From NCBI GenBank assembly GCA_046052125.1, contig JBJOMY010000001.1, forward strand, positions 640,001 to 704,000: 64,000 nucleotides of DNA, read 5' to 3'. Under the pieces are notes generated by a model. That model did no database searches. It was not told the DNA's origin and saw only the letters and a list, made by a program, of their open reading frames with translations. Of this stretch, positions 38,251 through 47,712 are shown one piece after another (position 1 is the first letter of the stretch; each line of letters opens with the position of its first letter). The DNA is from Cyanobacteriota bacterium (GTDB taxonomy: Bacteria > Cyanobacteriota > Cyanobacteriia > PCC-6307 > Cyanobiaceae). The translations under genes and the position numbers were made by a program.

Positions 38251-41125
38251 TGAGATGGTAGAAAAAGTGCTATCATCTGTCAAGAAAGAGACAGATCGAA
38301 AGTACTTCTTCTCCAAGTTGACCAACCCAATGTGGGTAGGACCGCTGCGCGAACGCGGCTTCTTCAGCCACCCTCCCAGCTTGAGACAATTGCCTGATGG
38401 ATATGTGCAATACCCGCATTGGCCAGAGCTAAGTTACCTGGTTGGCATTGCACAGGATGCACCGGATCAAGTAGTTGAGATTATTCTGTCACTTCCCAAA
38501 ACAGACAACCCACGAGTTTACGAAGATATCCTTGAGGCAGCCATTAGACTAAGAGGGAGAAAATCGGCGGAGTTGCTTCCCAAGATTCGCGAATATATAG
38601 CACTTGACAATCTCGTCAATGCCAACAATTTCCCTGAGTTGATAATACACTGGACGAGCCAGGGAAATATTGATGAAGCACTAGAGGTCACTCGACTGGT
38701 CATTCCCTTTCGGGAAGACTCAAGGATGCGAGAGAAGCAGGAACTCCGTAGAATGAATCCAAACTCATTAGATACTTCGCTAAACCCGACACCTTGTTTT
38801 CGCACATGGGAATACCAGAAGATTCTGGACAGTGGAGTTCGCTACCTTTCTGAGCATGAGCCTTTTAAAACTTCGCTCGTGCTGATTGATGCAGTTACTA
38901 GTATGATTAAACTTGGATTTCATCAGGATGATCTTGACCGAAAGGGCGATCAAGACTATTCAGAGATCTGGTGCCGGAGACTAGACAAGCCGGATGAAGA
39001 GGTTCAGGACGAGAAAGAGATCCTCGTCCACGCGCTCACGAATGCCTGCAAGGAAGTCTATAACAATGACAAAGAGGTTATTAGTGATCTAGATCAGGAA
39101 TTGCGGTATCCTCGCTGGAGGATCTTCAAACGGATTCGACAGCATCTCTACTCATCGAACCCAAATGACCAAACCCTTCCATGGATACGCGAAGAGATAC
39201 TCGATCATGAAGAATATTCCAAGTATGAACATCACTATGAATTTCAATTAATGATCCGCAAGGCCAGCGAGCACTTCGGCCATGCTTTGCTCAGTGAAAG
39301 TGAACTGAGAGGCATTGTCAATGCGATTATGCGTGGCCCTTCGCAGGATGAATTCCGTGAGTGGATGGGCGATGAATACAGCGAGGCAGTGTTTCGGCAA
39401 CGCAAGAGCTACTTTCATAGAATTCAGCTACGCCCATTTGCTGCGATTTTAACCAAAGAAGCCCAACAGTATTATGAGGAGCTGGAATGCGATGCCTCGA
39501 CTCAAGCCATAACCGATGAATGCTATTCACCATACGGCGAGGTGGTCAGTGGAACGATCAGCTACCGGAGTCCGAGATCCGCTGAAGACCTAGCAAATAT
39601 CACCGACGAAGAACTTATTACCTATATAAACGACTGGGAAGAAGAGTATCGGGATAAGGAGAATTGGCTCGTGGAGATTAACGTGTCAGCGCTGGCCGAA
39701 GCATTTCGGTCAGTGTTTAAAGAGAGAATAGTTCTAGATGCCGATCGCCTAGATTTTTGGCTTGCAAATCGTGACAGGATTGCCAGGCCAATTTATATCA
39801 CGGCCATGCTCAAGACCATGGTTGATCTCGTCAGCGAGATGAATTATTCTAATCTCCTCCGGTGGATTGAGTTTTGTGTGTGGGTCCTCACGCATCCAGA
39901 CACACCGAAAGTAGAAGGTCAGCCTGAGCCGAGAGACGGATCATCCAGCCATCCAGACTGGGCCAATTCACGCCGGACCGTGGTTGATTTTGTTAATGCC
40001 TGCGTGAGCCAAGATGCGGATGTGCCAATTGAAGTAAGAGACAGTCTTGGTAATCTCATTCGGCAAGCCTGCGTTCAGCCTGACTGGCGGCTAGATAACG
40101 ACCGCTTAGTACTTTTAGGGAGCGATGATCCAATTACTGAGGCTATCAATAATACTCGAAGTCGAGCACTTGAATCCCTTGTCAGCTTTGGCATCTGGAT
40201 TCGTCGTCATTTGCCAGAAGACCGACTTCCAGAGGTGACCGAGACGCTTTCTCACCGTCTGGCTCTGAATCCTGACCTCCCACTAACAAGACCTGAGCAC
40301 GCGCTGCTAGGTATGCATTTTGGAAATCTCTTGTCACTCAATCATGAATGGGCTATCCGCGAAAGGAAGCTCTTTTTTCCGGAGGCTTGTGAAGCGACAT
40401 GGTGGTGTGCATTTGGCTCCTTTATCCGCTTCAACCGTCCGAGCGTATCCACGTTTAACACCATGAGGAGCGAGTTTGAATATGCAATAGGCAGCATAGA
40501 AACTTTAATAAGCAGAAAAAATCATGGCGAGTCGCTCGTTGATCGACTAGGCGAGCACCTTTTCGTTTACTACTTGTGGGGACTTTATCCTCTAACTGGC
40601 AATGAGAGCCTACTTGCGCGCTTTTATGAAAAAAACAATGACTATAGACAAAGGTGGGGGAAGCTTTTCGACTACGTTGGGCGTTCACTGGCAAACAGCG
40701 ACAGCCAATTCGACAAAGCGCTTGTCGACCGCATTATCGCCTTTTTTGATTGGCGTTGGGATGCTGCTGAACCGTTAGAGCTTCGGGAATTTACCTTTTG
40801 GCTTGAAGCCGAATGCCTCGATCCCAACTGGCGTTTGCAATCGTACTCACGAATTCTCGATATTTGCTGTTCAAAGGATGTTGCACTCTCGATTCAGGTT
40901 AATGCCTTAAACAAGCTTCATCAAGATCACCTCGCATTAGTTCTAGAGTGCTTTGCTAAAATCGCGTTTGATCAAGATACTCAGTTGTTTGTTTCAGTCG
41001 ACGAGGCTAGGCCCATCTTGAAGGCCGGTCTGGCTGCTGAAGAACCACAGATCCGTGCAAATGCTGAGCAAGCCCGCGACAAGCTATTGCGAATCGGTCG
41101 CTTTGATTTTTTGGACCTTGGATGA
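38225..41125 (+). CDS. Large alpha-helical hypothetical protein (low-GC cargo gene 2)
   Basis: 966-aa ORF overlapping the upstream gene by 26 nt; YFFSKLTNPMW..PL...GFF...WP..SYL N-terminus; no Walker A seen. Confidence 0.8.
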   Translation: MKSWKQPTDEMVEKVLSSVKKETDRKYFFSKLTNPMWVGPLRERGFFSHPPSLRQLPDGYVQYPHWPELSYLVGIAQDAPDQVVEIILSLPKTDNPRVYEDILEAAIRLRGRKSAELLPKIREYIALDNLVNANNFPELIIHWTSQGNIDEALEVTRLVIPFREDSRMREKQELRRMNPNSLDTSLNPTPCFRTWEYQKILDSGVRYLSEHEPFKTSLVLIDAVTSMIKLGFHQDDLDRKGDQDYSEIWCRRLDKPDEEVQDEKEILVHALTNACKEVYNNDKEVISDLDQELRYPRWRIFKRIRQHLYSSNPNDQTLPWIREEILDHEEYSKYEHHYEFQLMIRKASEHFGHALLSESELRGIVNAIMRGPSQDEFREWMGDEYSEAVFRQRKSYFHRIQLRPFAAILTKEAQQYYEELECDASTQAITDECYSPYGEVVSGTISYRSPRSAEDLANITDEELITYINDWEEEYRDKENWLVEINVSALAEAFRSVFKERIVLDADRLDFWLANRDRIARPIYITAMLKTMVDLVSEMNYSNLLRWIEFCVWVLTHPDTPKVEGQPEPRDGSSSHPDWANSRRTVVDFVNACVSQDADVPIEVRDSLGNLIRQACVQPDWRLDNDRLVLLGSDDPITEAINNTRSRALESLVSFGIWIRRHLPEDRLPEVTETLSHRLALNPDLPLTRPEHALLGMHFGNLLSLNHEWAIRERKLFFPEACEATWWCAFGSFIRFNRPSVSTFNTMRSEFEYAIGSIETLISRKNHGESLVDRLGEHLFVYYLWGLYPLTGNESLLARFYEKNNDYRQRWGKLFDYVGRSLANSDSQFDKALVDRIIAFFDWRWDAAEPLELREFTFWLEAECLDPNWRLQSYSRILDICCSKDVALSIQVNALNKLHQDHLALVLECFAKIAFDQDTQLFVSVDEARPILKAGLAAEEPQIRANAEQARDKLLRIGRFDFLDLG

Positions 41126-41280
41126 GAATCGGAAGCAAACTCTACGTGTTAGCTCAGGATTTGCTCTTGCCTAGGCTCGGGGGCGAAGCACATAGCACCT
41201 ATGAAAATCCATAAATGAGCTTACCTGCTTTTACGCCAAACGTCATCCTCTGTGGTTTCTCCCAGGAAATAGAGCTAAGG

Positions 41281-41988
41281 TCAGATGTTAGAGGATGTCA
41301 GATCAGTCGACAAGGAAACTACACGCATGGAGCACGCCTCGACAATTTGATGCCAATGCCTACTATTTATTCCCAAGCGATCCAGCATCTCGCCGACGCC
41401 AACTCCTAAGGTCAGCAACCGTTGCCCCTGCGCATGAATCTCCCGCCACGTCGGCGGCACTTTCAGCAGGAACCCGCTGTCCCGCAGAAAGTGGGTTATC
41501 TCCCCATTGGCATAGGTGCGCCCGTAGGGCCGAAAGGGACCCCGTGAGGGGTCATACCGCCGCGCCGCCTTGATCAGCCCGATCATCGCCAGCTGCAGCA
41601 GATCCTCTTTGGGATGAACGGTACGCCTGGCGAAGTTGCCGGCAATCTTCTCCGCCAGATCCATATGCTCCAGCGCCAGGGCATCGGCAGCGGCATGGGG
41701 CCGTACGGGTCGTTGACGCCGCGGCCGGCAGCGTGAAGCCTGTCGGGCCGAAGCCCTTGGCGGATGACGAGCAGGCTCCGCCCAGTTGATCTCCAGCTGC
41801 CCCGCTCGCGCACAACAGGCGGGCCGGCGGTAGGGGCGTTGCCGCAGCATTCGAGCTGCACCGGCGGGGGTCCCCACCAGCACGACCGTGATCGGCAGTG
41901 ACAGCTGCAGCACCGCCGGCTGGCCAGCTACAAGCTCGAGAACCTTTGGTGGCAGCAGATCAGGGGCTTCCATCAGTGCAGCCGCCAT
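41281..41988 (-). CDS. SigF/SigB-like sigma factor with regions 2-3, lacking region 4
   Basis: EDLLQLAMIGLIKAARRYDPSRG.F..Y....GEITHFLRD...KVP; ends just after VVSL. Confidence 0.75.
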   Translation of the reverse strand: MAAALMEAPDLLPPKVLELVAGQPAVLQLSLPITVVLVGTPAGAARMLRQRPYRRPACCARAGQLEINWAEPARHPPRASARQASRCRPRRQRPVRPHAAADALALEHMDLAEKIAGNFARRTVHPKEDLLQLAMIGLIKAARRYDPSRGPFRPYGRTYANGEITHFLRDSGFLLKVPPTWREIHAQGQRLLTLGVGVGEMLDRLGINSRHWHQIVEACSMRVVSLSTDLTSSNI

Positions 41989-42004
41989 CGCCTTCTCTCC
42001 TCCC

Positions 42005-43663
42005 TCACCGGCTCACCAGCAGCGGCGTCACCACCGGCTGGATGCCCTGGGCCTTCCAGTAGCGGCCCTCCAGCCACAGGGCACCGTGGCAGAAGGCATC
42101 CACCAGGTCCTTGCTGCCCTTGGGGAAGCGGATCGCCTCCTCCACCAACGGCTGAGCGCGGTGATGAAAGCGAATCTGCCCGGCCTCCACCAGGGGGGCA
42201 ACGGCATGGGCGCGGGTTTCCTTGCTGCCTCTGGCGGTGATCGGCAGCATCCCCGGCACCCTGCGGCGAAGCGTCTGCAGCACCGCCGGACCATTGGCGG
42301 CGTCCTCGATCAGCACGGCATTGGGGCGCAGACCCTGCTGCTCCAGCGCCTCCAGGCAGCACAGCAGGAAGCGGATCACCTCCGGCAAGCCAAAGCGATG
42401 CCTGGCCGCCCAGAGCACCTCGATCTCCAGGGCAGCTGATGGCGGCGGGCCGACAGGTTCACCCGTTCGGGGGATGACAGCCCGGGGTGGTGGTGCCAAC
42501 AGGCCGACCAGGCAGAAGCCGCAGTAGTCGCTCTCCGCCTCCCCCTTGAACGACAGATCGCATGACAACGCCAGCAGGGCGTACTGCCGTTGCCGGCGAG
42601 CGGTTGCTCCTGCTTCATCGCGTGGGAAGGGCGGACGGATCCACTGCCTCAGGAAGATCGAGCCCGACTCAGGGCTGGGCCGCTGCTGGTACAGCGCTGC
42701 CCACCAATAGGCACCCAGGCGGGCCCGGATCTTGATTAGTTCTGGCAGGGGGAAGCGCTCCGGGCAGAGGGCCTCGCCCGGCTGGCGCCAGTCAGGGATC
42801 AGGGTGCAGGTGGGCGGCAGCATGGGCCGTTCAGTCGGCTCTTCGGCGATGGCCGGCAGATCGAGCACGGTCCAGTGCTGTGGCGCCTCGCCCAGCTCCT
42901 GCTCATACAGCCAGCCGATCACGTCCTGGTGGTCCCAACGGGTCAGCACCACCACCTGGGCCGAGAGGTTCGGCTGCTCTCTGCCGTCTGGCCCCAGCAC
43001 CGATGCCGGTTCGGCGCGGGTGAGCCAGACCGAGCGCAGCCAGTCGATCAGCTTTTGCCGCAGCGCCGGAGAGGCTGCATCACCGGGACCCTTGTAGGGG
43101 TCATCGATGATCCCCAGGCTGTAGCCCTTGCCGGTGAACGGGCCATCCACACCGGCAGCGATGCAGCCGCCGCGCTGGCGGGTGAGCCAGTTGCCGACAG
43201 CCGCCGAGTCACGGGCGAGCAGATGGCCGGTCACCCGGTAAAAGTGGCGCGCCTCGCGGGAGTGGGCGTAGGCCAGCTCCGCCGAATAGGAAGCGATCGC
43301 CGCGAACAGATGCGGGTAGCGCTGCAGGAAGTAGGCCGGGAACAGCTTGGAAACGAGGAGCGATTTCCCTAACCGTGGCGGACAGGTGACGATCAGCCGG
43401 CTGAGCTGACCATCGGCAACGGCCTGCAGCAGCTCGATCAGCACCTCGGCCCAACGGTGGAAGCCATAGCGGGGGTAGGCCTCAGCGATGAAGCTGCGCA
43501 GGCTCCGCGGCTCTGCTGGTTCAACTGCTGTGGCCGTGGTCAGGTGCAGCAGTCCGCTGTCACCCCAGGGGTCGAGCTCCGGCAGCAGCAGGCCGCCTTC
43601 TGCAGGGGCCCGGAGCGTGACCACGGGTGCTGGCATCGCGGTGGCGGTGGTGCTCGCCGTCAT
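42005..43663 (-). CDS. terL: Terminase large subunit
   Basis: CPPRLGKS Walker A, IIDDPYKG, TRWD..DVIG, ALYQQRP, CDLSFKG..SDY, IEDAANG, DLVDA. Start taken at ATG 43663. Confidence 0.88.
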   Translation of the reverse strand: MTASTTATAMPAPVVTLRAPAEGGLLLPELDPWGDSGLLHLTTATAVEPAEPRSLRSFIAEAYPRYGFHRWAEVLIELLQAVADGQLSRLIVTCPPRLGKSLLVSKLFPAYFLQRYPHLFAAIASYSAELAYAHSREARHFYRVTGHLLARDSAAVGNWLTRQRGGCIAAGVDGPFTGKGYSLGIIDDPYKGPGDAASPALRQKLIDWLRSVWLTRAEPASVLGPDGREQPNLSAQVVVLTRWDHQDVIGWLYEQELGEAPQHWTVLDLPAIAEEPTERPMLPPTCTLIPDWRQPGEALCPERFPLPELIKIRARLGAYWWAALYQQRPSPESGSIFLRQWIRPPFPRDEAGATARRQRQYALLALSCDLSFKGEAESDYCGFCLVGLLAPPPRAVIPRTGEPVGPPPSAALEIEVLWAARHRFGLPEVIRFLLCCLEALEQQGLRPNAVLIEDAANGPAVLQTLRRRVPGMLPITARGSKETRAHAVAPLVEAGQIRFHHRAQPLVEEAIRFPKGSKDLVDAFCHGALWLEGRYWKAQGIQPVVTPLLVSR

Positions 43664-44214
43664 GCCCTCGGCTCCGGCGGCTTGATCGGTGCCCGCAGCA
43701 GCCCGCCGATCTCGGCGATCACACGGAAGGCGCCCACTGCAGCGGAGAACTGGCCCGCATCCATCGCCCGGCGGGCGCAGTCGTTGATGGCAAAGATCTG
43801 CTCGGCCTGGTGGCGGCGCCGGTCGGTGATCAGCTCCTCCACCATCCGCTCGCGGGCGAGGTTGAGGTAGCGGTTCACCGTCTGGCTGTTGCGGACCCCC
43901 CATTTCTCACCAGCATTTTCGAGGATCTGCACCAGCGGCAGCCGCTGGGCGATCCACAGCTGGGCCTCGGCGATGCGTCGCTCGATCTCCAGCCGGCTGG
44001 GCCGAGGAGGCGAAATAGCCCGGCGCTTTTGCCGTGGTGGATTGCCGCGGCCCACCGGGCGGCTGGGGTCCACACCCAGCGATTCACCCAAGGGCCGGCC
44101 GTCAGCATCCTCCGTCGGGGCAGCACTGCGCAGGGCCTCGATCGGATCCAGCTGGGCTGCTTGCGGCAGCGCCTGTGCGCCGTGATCAGCAGTGGGGGAG
44201 CGGCCGGCAGCCAC
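43660..44214 (-). CDS. Putative terminase small subunit
   Basis: HTH-like segment (KWGVRNSQTVNRYL) and AM..GQFSAAVGA...IGGL; ATGA overlap with terL. Confidence 0.6.
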   Translation of the reverse strand: MAAGRSPTADHGAQALPQAAQLDPIEALRSAAPTEDADGRPLGESLGVDPSRPVGRGNPPRQKRRAISPPRPSRLEIERRIAEAQLWIAQRLPLVQILENAGEKWGVRNSQTVNRYLNLARERMVEELITDRRRHQAEQIFAINDCARRAMDAGQFSAAVGAFRVIAEIGGLLRAPIKPPEPRA

Positions 44215-44407
44215 GCGTCAGCAACACCTGCAGAGAAAGAAGAAGCACCACCGCGAACCAGATCCAGTGCATTCGTATTCCCGAAAGCATAAGCACTGCA
44301 GCAAGAGTTGCTCGGCTTCGGCTGGGGGGCCGTTTGCGTTGCTGAGCGCTCTGGCCGTTCTGACCACCCAGGACGGTTGGCAGTTCCTGGTGGCCTCCCC
44401 AGGCCCG

Positions 44408-44699
44408 TCTAACGGCCTGAGCTGGTTCTAACAGCCTTCTAACAGCTGCTGTTAGACCTCAGATCCACTGCGCCGCAGCAGCTCTGGGGCGCTGTCCTCT
44501 TCTTTCTAACCTTCTAACAGAAAGAGAGAGATACACAGGAGAAGAGGGGGAGACAGGGGCTCTCTTCTGGATCAGGGGTGTGCGCTGGGGGATATGGAGA
44601 GAGAGCCCCTACCCCCTGTAGGAGCGTTAGACCGTTAGAAACCAGTCACCGCAAGGGGTGTCGCTCTAACAGCCCTGTTAGAGAGCGGCGCCTTCTAAC
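44408..44699. repeat. Iteron cluster (11 x TCTAAC/GTTAGA), putative replication origin
   Basis: TCTAAC at 44408, 44427, 44438, 44505, 44513, 44665, 44694; GTTAGA at 44451, 44626, 44634, 44677; at the 3' end of the primase gene. Confidence 0.8.
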
Positions 44700-47446
44700 G
44701 CTCCGGGGCCTGTGAGCATGGCCAGGGGCAGGGCCACGGCCCGCGAGCTGCCCAGGCCGCGGAAGTGCACCAGCAGAGAGCGGTTGGCACCGGGCAGGCG
44801 GCTGAGGATCGCCCCCCAGTTGGTCACCCAGGCGGTATCCGCCAGCATGCGGCCGATGGCTTCTGCGCTGTTGCTGATCAGCAGCTCCCCATCCCGCACC
44901 CGCAGGCCATGGCGGGCCAGCAGGTCGGCGGCATCGGCAGGCCGCACCGGCTCCATTGGTGAGGGCATGGCAGTTGACACCAGCTCCACCAGTTCCAGCA
45001 CCGTGCGGGTCACCGCCGAGCGCTCCTCGCTCTCCACCCGCAGCTGGTGCTGCAGGATCCGGTTGAGGCAGCGGCGCTCATCCGGGATCTCCGTGCTCTC
45101 GCGGTAGCTGCTCCAGTCCGCGCCATCGATCAGGCTCTGCACCTCCGCCGCGCTGGGCACCCGCGAGGCCTGCAGCGACCAGGCGCCGGCCAGCAGGGTT
45201 CCGTACTGGTCACCCAGGGCCTGCGAATCGAAGTGGGCCGCCGCCACTCGGGAGCAGACGGTGATCGAGCGGCGGATCACCGGGATCAGCGCCACGGTGC
45301 GGGCGATCAGCCGGTTGGCGAACGCCGGGGTAATCAGCTGCTCGAGGTCCCGGTCCAGCGCCTGCCAGTGGGCCTCCCGTTGCTGCTGGGGCAGCTCACT
45401 GGGATTGCGCAGGTTGAGCGGAGCAAAGCGGCGCCGGTCGGCGCCCTGCTTGAGCCCGGTGGCGATGGAGGAGAGCAGGAACATCGAGCGCACCGAGTAG
45501 CGCGCCACCTCCCCGCCAGGGGAGCCCTTCACGATCGCCGCGCGGGATTCGGAGCTCGCCACCCGGGCCAGCGCCAGGATCGCCTGGATGCGCTGCTGGT
45601 CCTCGCGCTCGTTGCTCTCGGCTTCATCGATCAGCACGGGCAGGGCATCGGAGCGCAGGGTTTGGCGGATGCCGGCTTCTGTGACGCTGCCCACAAATAC
45701 CCGGGCCATGTCGGCGAGCAGCACGCCACAGAAACGCTCAAAGAGGTGCGACTTGCCCGAGCCGGCCGGGCCGCTCAGCCAGAGGTGGGGCCGCCAGCGC
45801 AGGGCACCGCAGATCGGCGCCAGCGTCACCCAGCCAGCCAGGAGCATCGCCGAGGCCGGCACCTCCCAGTGGAAGCGGTCCGCCAGGGTGAGCACCAGCA
45901 GGGCTTCTTCATCAGAGAGCGGCTGGGCATCAGCTGTGCCCACCAGGGCCGCACCGCGCTGGTAGTGGAAGCGGCTGTTGAGGGTGGCGCTGATCGGCCG
46001 CGGCTCGCCGTCCACCACCAGGCGGTCGCCGAGATGGAGCACGCAACGGCCCTCGTCCCACCAGATGCCGCGGCCGCGCAGCAGGTCGGGATCGAACATG
46101 CCGATGGCGGCCTGACGGCAAAACAGATCGGAGGCCGCGGCCGTCCAGTTCACGCCCCGCTTGGAGGGGTAGAGGGTCTCCCAGTAGGCCAAGGGCGCCA
46201 GGCGGCAGAGGTTCACGCCGCCATGGGCAGACGAGCCCAGCCGCATCACCTGGCCGGTGGAGCGGGGTTGGTAGAAGTAGCCGTCGCTGTCGTAGCCCAG
46301 GCAGACGAACGGCTCGGCGCCTGAGGGAAGCGGACGCTCGGGCGGCTCCGGCGGCAGGTGATCGCCAGCACCGCCCTGTTTGTCAGGAGGCGGATCAACC
46401 GCCGGAGCTTGGGTGTCGGCGGCGGCATCGAGGACCGGATGCAGCACGGTTCTGCAGTGGCTCTCCAAGTAGGCCTGGGCTTCTGCAGGGCTCCAGCTGG
46501 CATCGGCCAGATCCCAACCGGCTGCGCCCGGCGCATCCACCAGGTCCCAGTCCTCCTCCGTACAGCTCGGTGGCAGCACCACCGCTACAGGGCAGCCCAG
46601 CTCCAGCAGCAGTGCCGCCAGCCGGGCCATCGCCTCGCGGCCGCTGCTGTCGGCATCGGGCCAGAGGGTGACGGCGCGGCCGGCCAGGGGGCTCCAGTCC
46701 ACGCTGGCGATGGCCTGGCTGCCGCCGCACCAGCTCACCACCACGTGATCGGGAAACAGCCCCACGGCGGCATCGGCCGCCTTCTCCCCCTCGGTGATCA
46801 GCACCGGCGCCCAGAAGTGGCGCTCCAGTTCTGCCAGCCGGTACAGGGGCCGGGGGGCCGGCCAGTCGGAGCGAAAGGGATCGCGGCGGGAGGGAAAGTG
46901 CCAGCCGCCATCCAGCCAGGTGCGCTGCACAAACACCTTGCGGCGCCGGCCGCCCTGCTCCAGTTCCAGCCGCTGCACCCAGAACAGCGGCGCTCCGGCC
47001 GCATCGGTGTAGCACCACTGGCCGCTGGCGCGGCCCAGCTCCGGCGGGGGAGCATCGACCGGCGGGGTGTCTGGGATGCGGGCAGGTCGGCCCGCCTTGC
47101 GGCCAGAGCGGCTGGGGCTGGCAGGGGCTGGACGATGCGGGCCTGGCTCCGCCGGCAGGCCCAGGTGGGCCTCAATGCGGCGGGCGGCGGTGGCGAAGTC
47201 CCACCCCGTCAGGCGCAGCAGCAGATCCATGCCGTTGCCGCCGCCACCACGGTGATCACGGCCGCCGCACTGGTTGCAGAACCAGCCACCCGGGCCGTCA
47301 TCACAGTCCCAGCGGTAGCGATCGGTGCCGCCGCAGGCGGGGCAGGGCTGATGGCGGTTCTCCAGCTGCTCCGGCGCCAGACCGGCGAGCTCGATCAGCA
47401 GCCGCGGCCACTGGCCCGCCGCGGCCGCCATCACGTCGGTGGCCAT
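44678..47446 (-). CDS. Primase-helicase (P4 alpha-type Zn ribbon, TOPRIM, P-loop helicase)
   Basis: HQPCPACGGTDRYR...CNQC; ITEGEKAADA...WPDAD; GPAGSGKS...LIDEAES. Confidence 0.85.
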   Translation of the reverse strand: MATDVMAAAAGQWPRLLIELAGLAPEQLENRHQPCPACGGTDRYRWDCDDGPGGWFCNQCGGRDHRGGGGNGMDLLLRLTGWDFATAARRIEAHLGLPAEPGPHRPAPASPSRSGRKAGRPARIPDTPPVDAPPPELGRASGQWCYTDAAGAPLFWVQRLELEQGGRRRKVFVQRTWLDGGWHFPSRRDPFRSDWPAPRPLYRLAELERHFWAPVLITEGEKAADAAVGLFPDHVVVSWCGGSQAIASVDWSPLAGRAVTLWPDADSSGREAMARLAALLLELGCPVAVVLPPSCTEEDWDLVDAPGAAGWDLADASWSPAEAQAYLESHCRTVLHPVLDAAADTQAPAVDPPPDKQGGAGDHLPPEPPERPLPSGAEPFVCLGYDSDGYFYQPRSTGQVMRLGSSAHGGVNLCRLAPLAYWETLYPSKRGVNWTAAASDLFCRQAAIGMFDPDLLRGRGIWWDEGRCVLHLGDRLVVDGEPRPISATLNSRFHYQRGAALVGTADAQPLSDEEALLVLTLADRFHWEVPASAMLLAGWVTLAPICGALRWRPHLWLSGPAGSGKSHLFERFCGVLLADMARVFVGSVTEAGIRQTLRSDALPVLIDEAESNEREDQQRIQAILALARVASSESRAAIVKGSPGGEVARYSVRSMFLLSSIATGLKQGADRRRFAPLNLRNPSELPQQQREAHWQALDRDLEQLITPAFANRLIARTVALIPVIRRSITVCSRVAAAHFDSQALGDQYGTLLAGAWSLQASRVPSAAEVQSLIDGADWSSYRESTEIPDERRCLNRILQHQLRVESEERSAVTRTVLELVELVSTAMPSPMEPVRPADAADLLARHGLRVRDGELLISNSAEAIGRMLADTAWVTNWGAILSRLPGANRSLLVHFRGLGSSRAVALPLAMLTGPGALEGAAL

Positions 47447-47631
47447 CAGCGCCGGGGGCTCTGGGCTCCAGCGGGCGGTGCAGGTTGCTGCGGGTTGAGC
47501 GGGCGCCCCTCACCCCGCATCACCTGCACCAGGGTCCGCCGCACAAAGGAGGCGCGGCTCTCGATGCCGGCGGCGTGGTCGTCAATCCAGGAGACGACAG
47601 CCTCCGGCAGCTGCAGCTGGATGCGCTTCAT
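47446..47631 (-). CDS. Ribbon-helix-helix (CopG-like) regulator
   Basis: MKRIQLQLPEAVVSWIDD...SRASFVR; coupled to the primase. Confidence 0.7.
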   Translation of the reverse strand: MKRIQLQLPEAVVSWIDDHAAGIESRASFVRRTLVQVMRGEGRPLNPQQPAPPAGAQSPRR

Positions 47632-47712
47632 GGTGACAGCACAATGCTTGCCCGAAAGCCTAGCCGCTGTTTTCGGGAGCCCTAAAATCTGTCACGGTGC
47701 TGCCGTGCCGCT

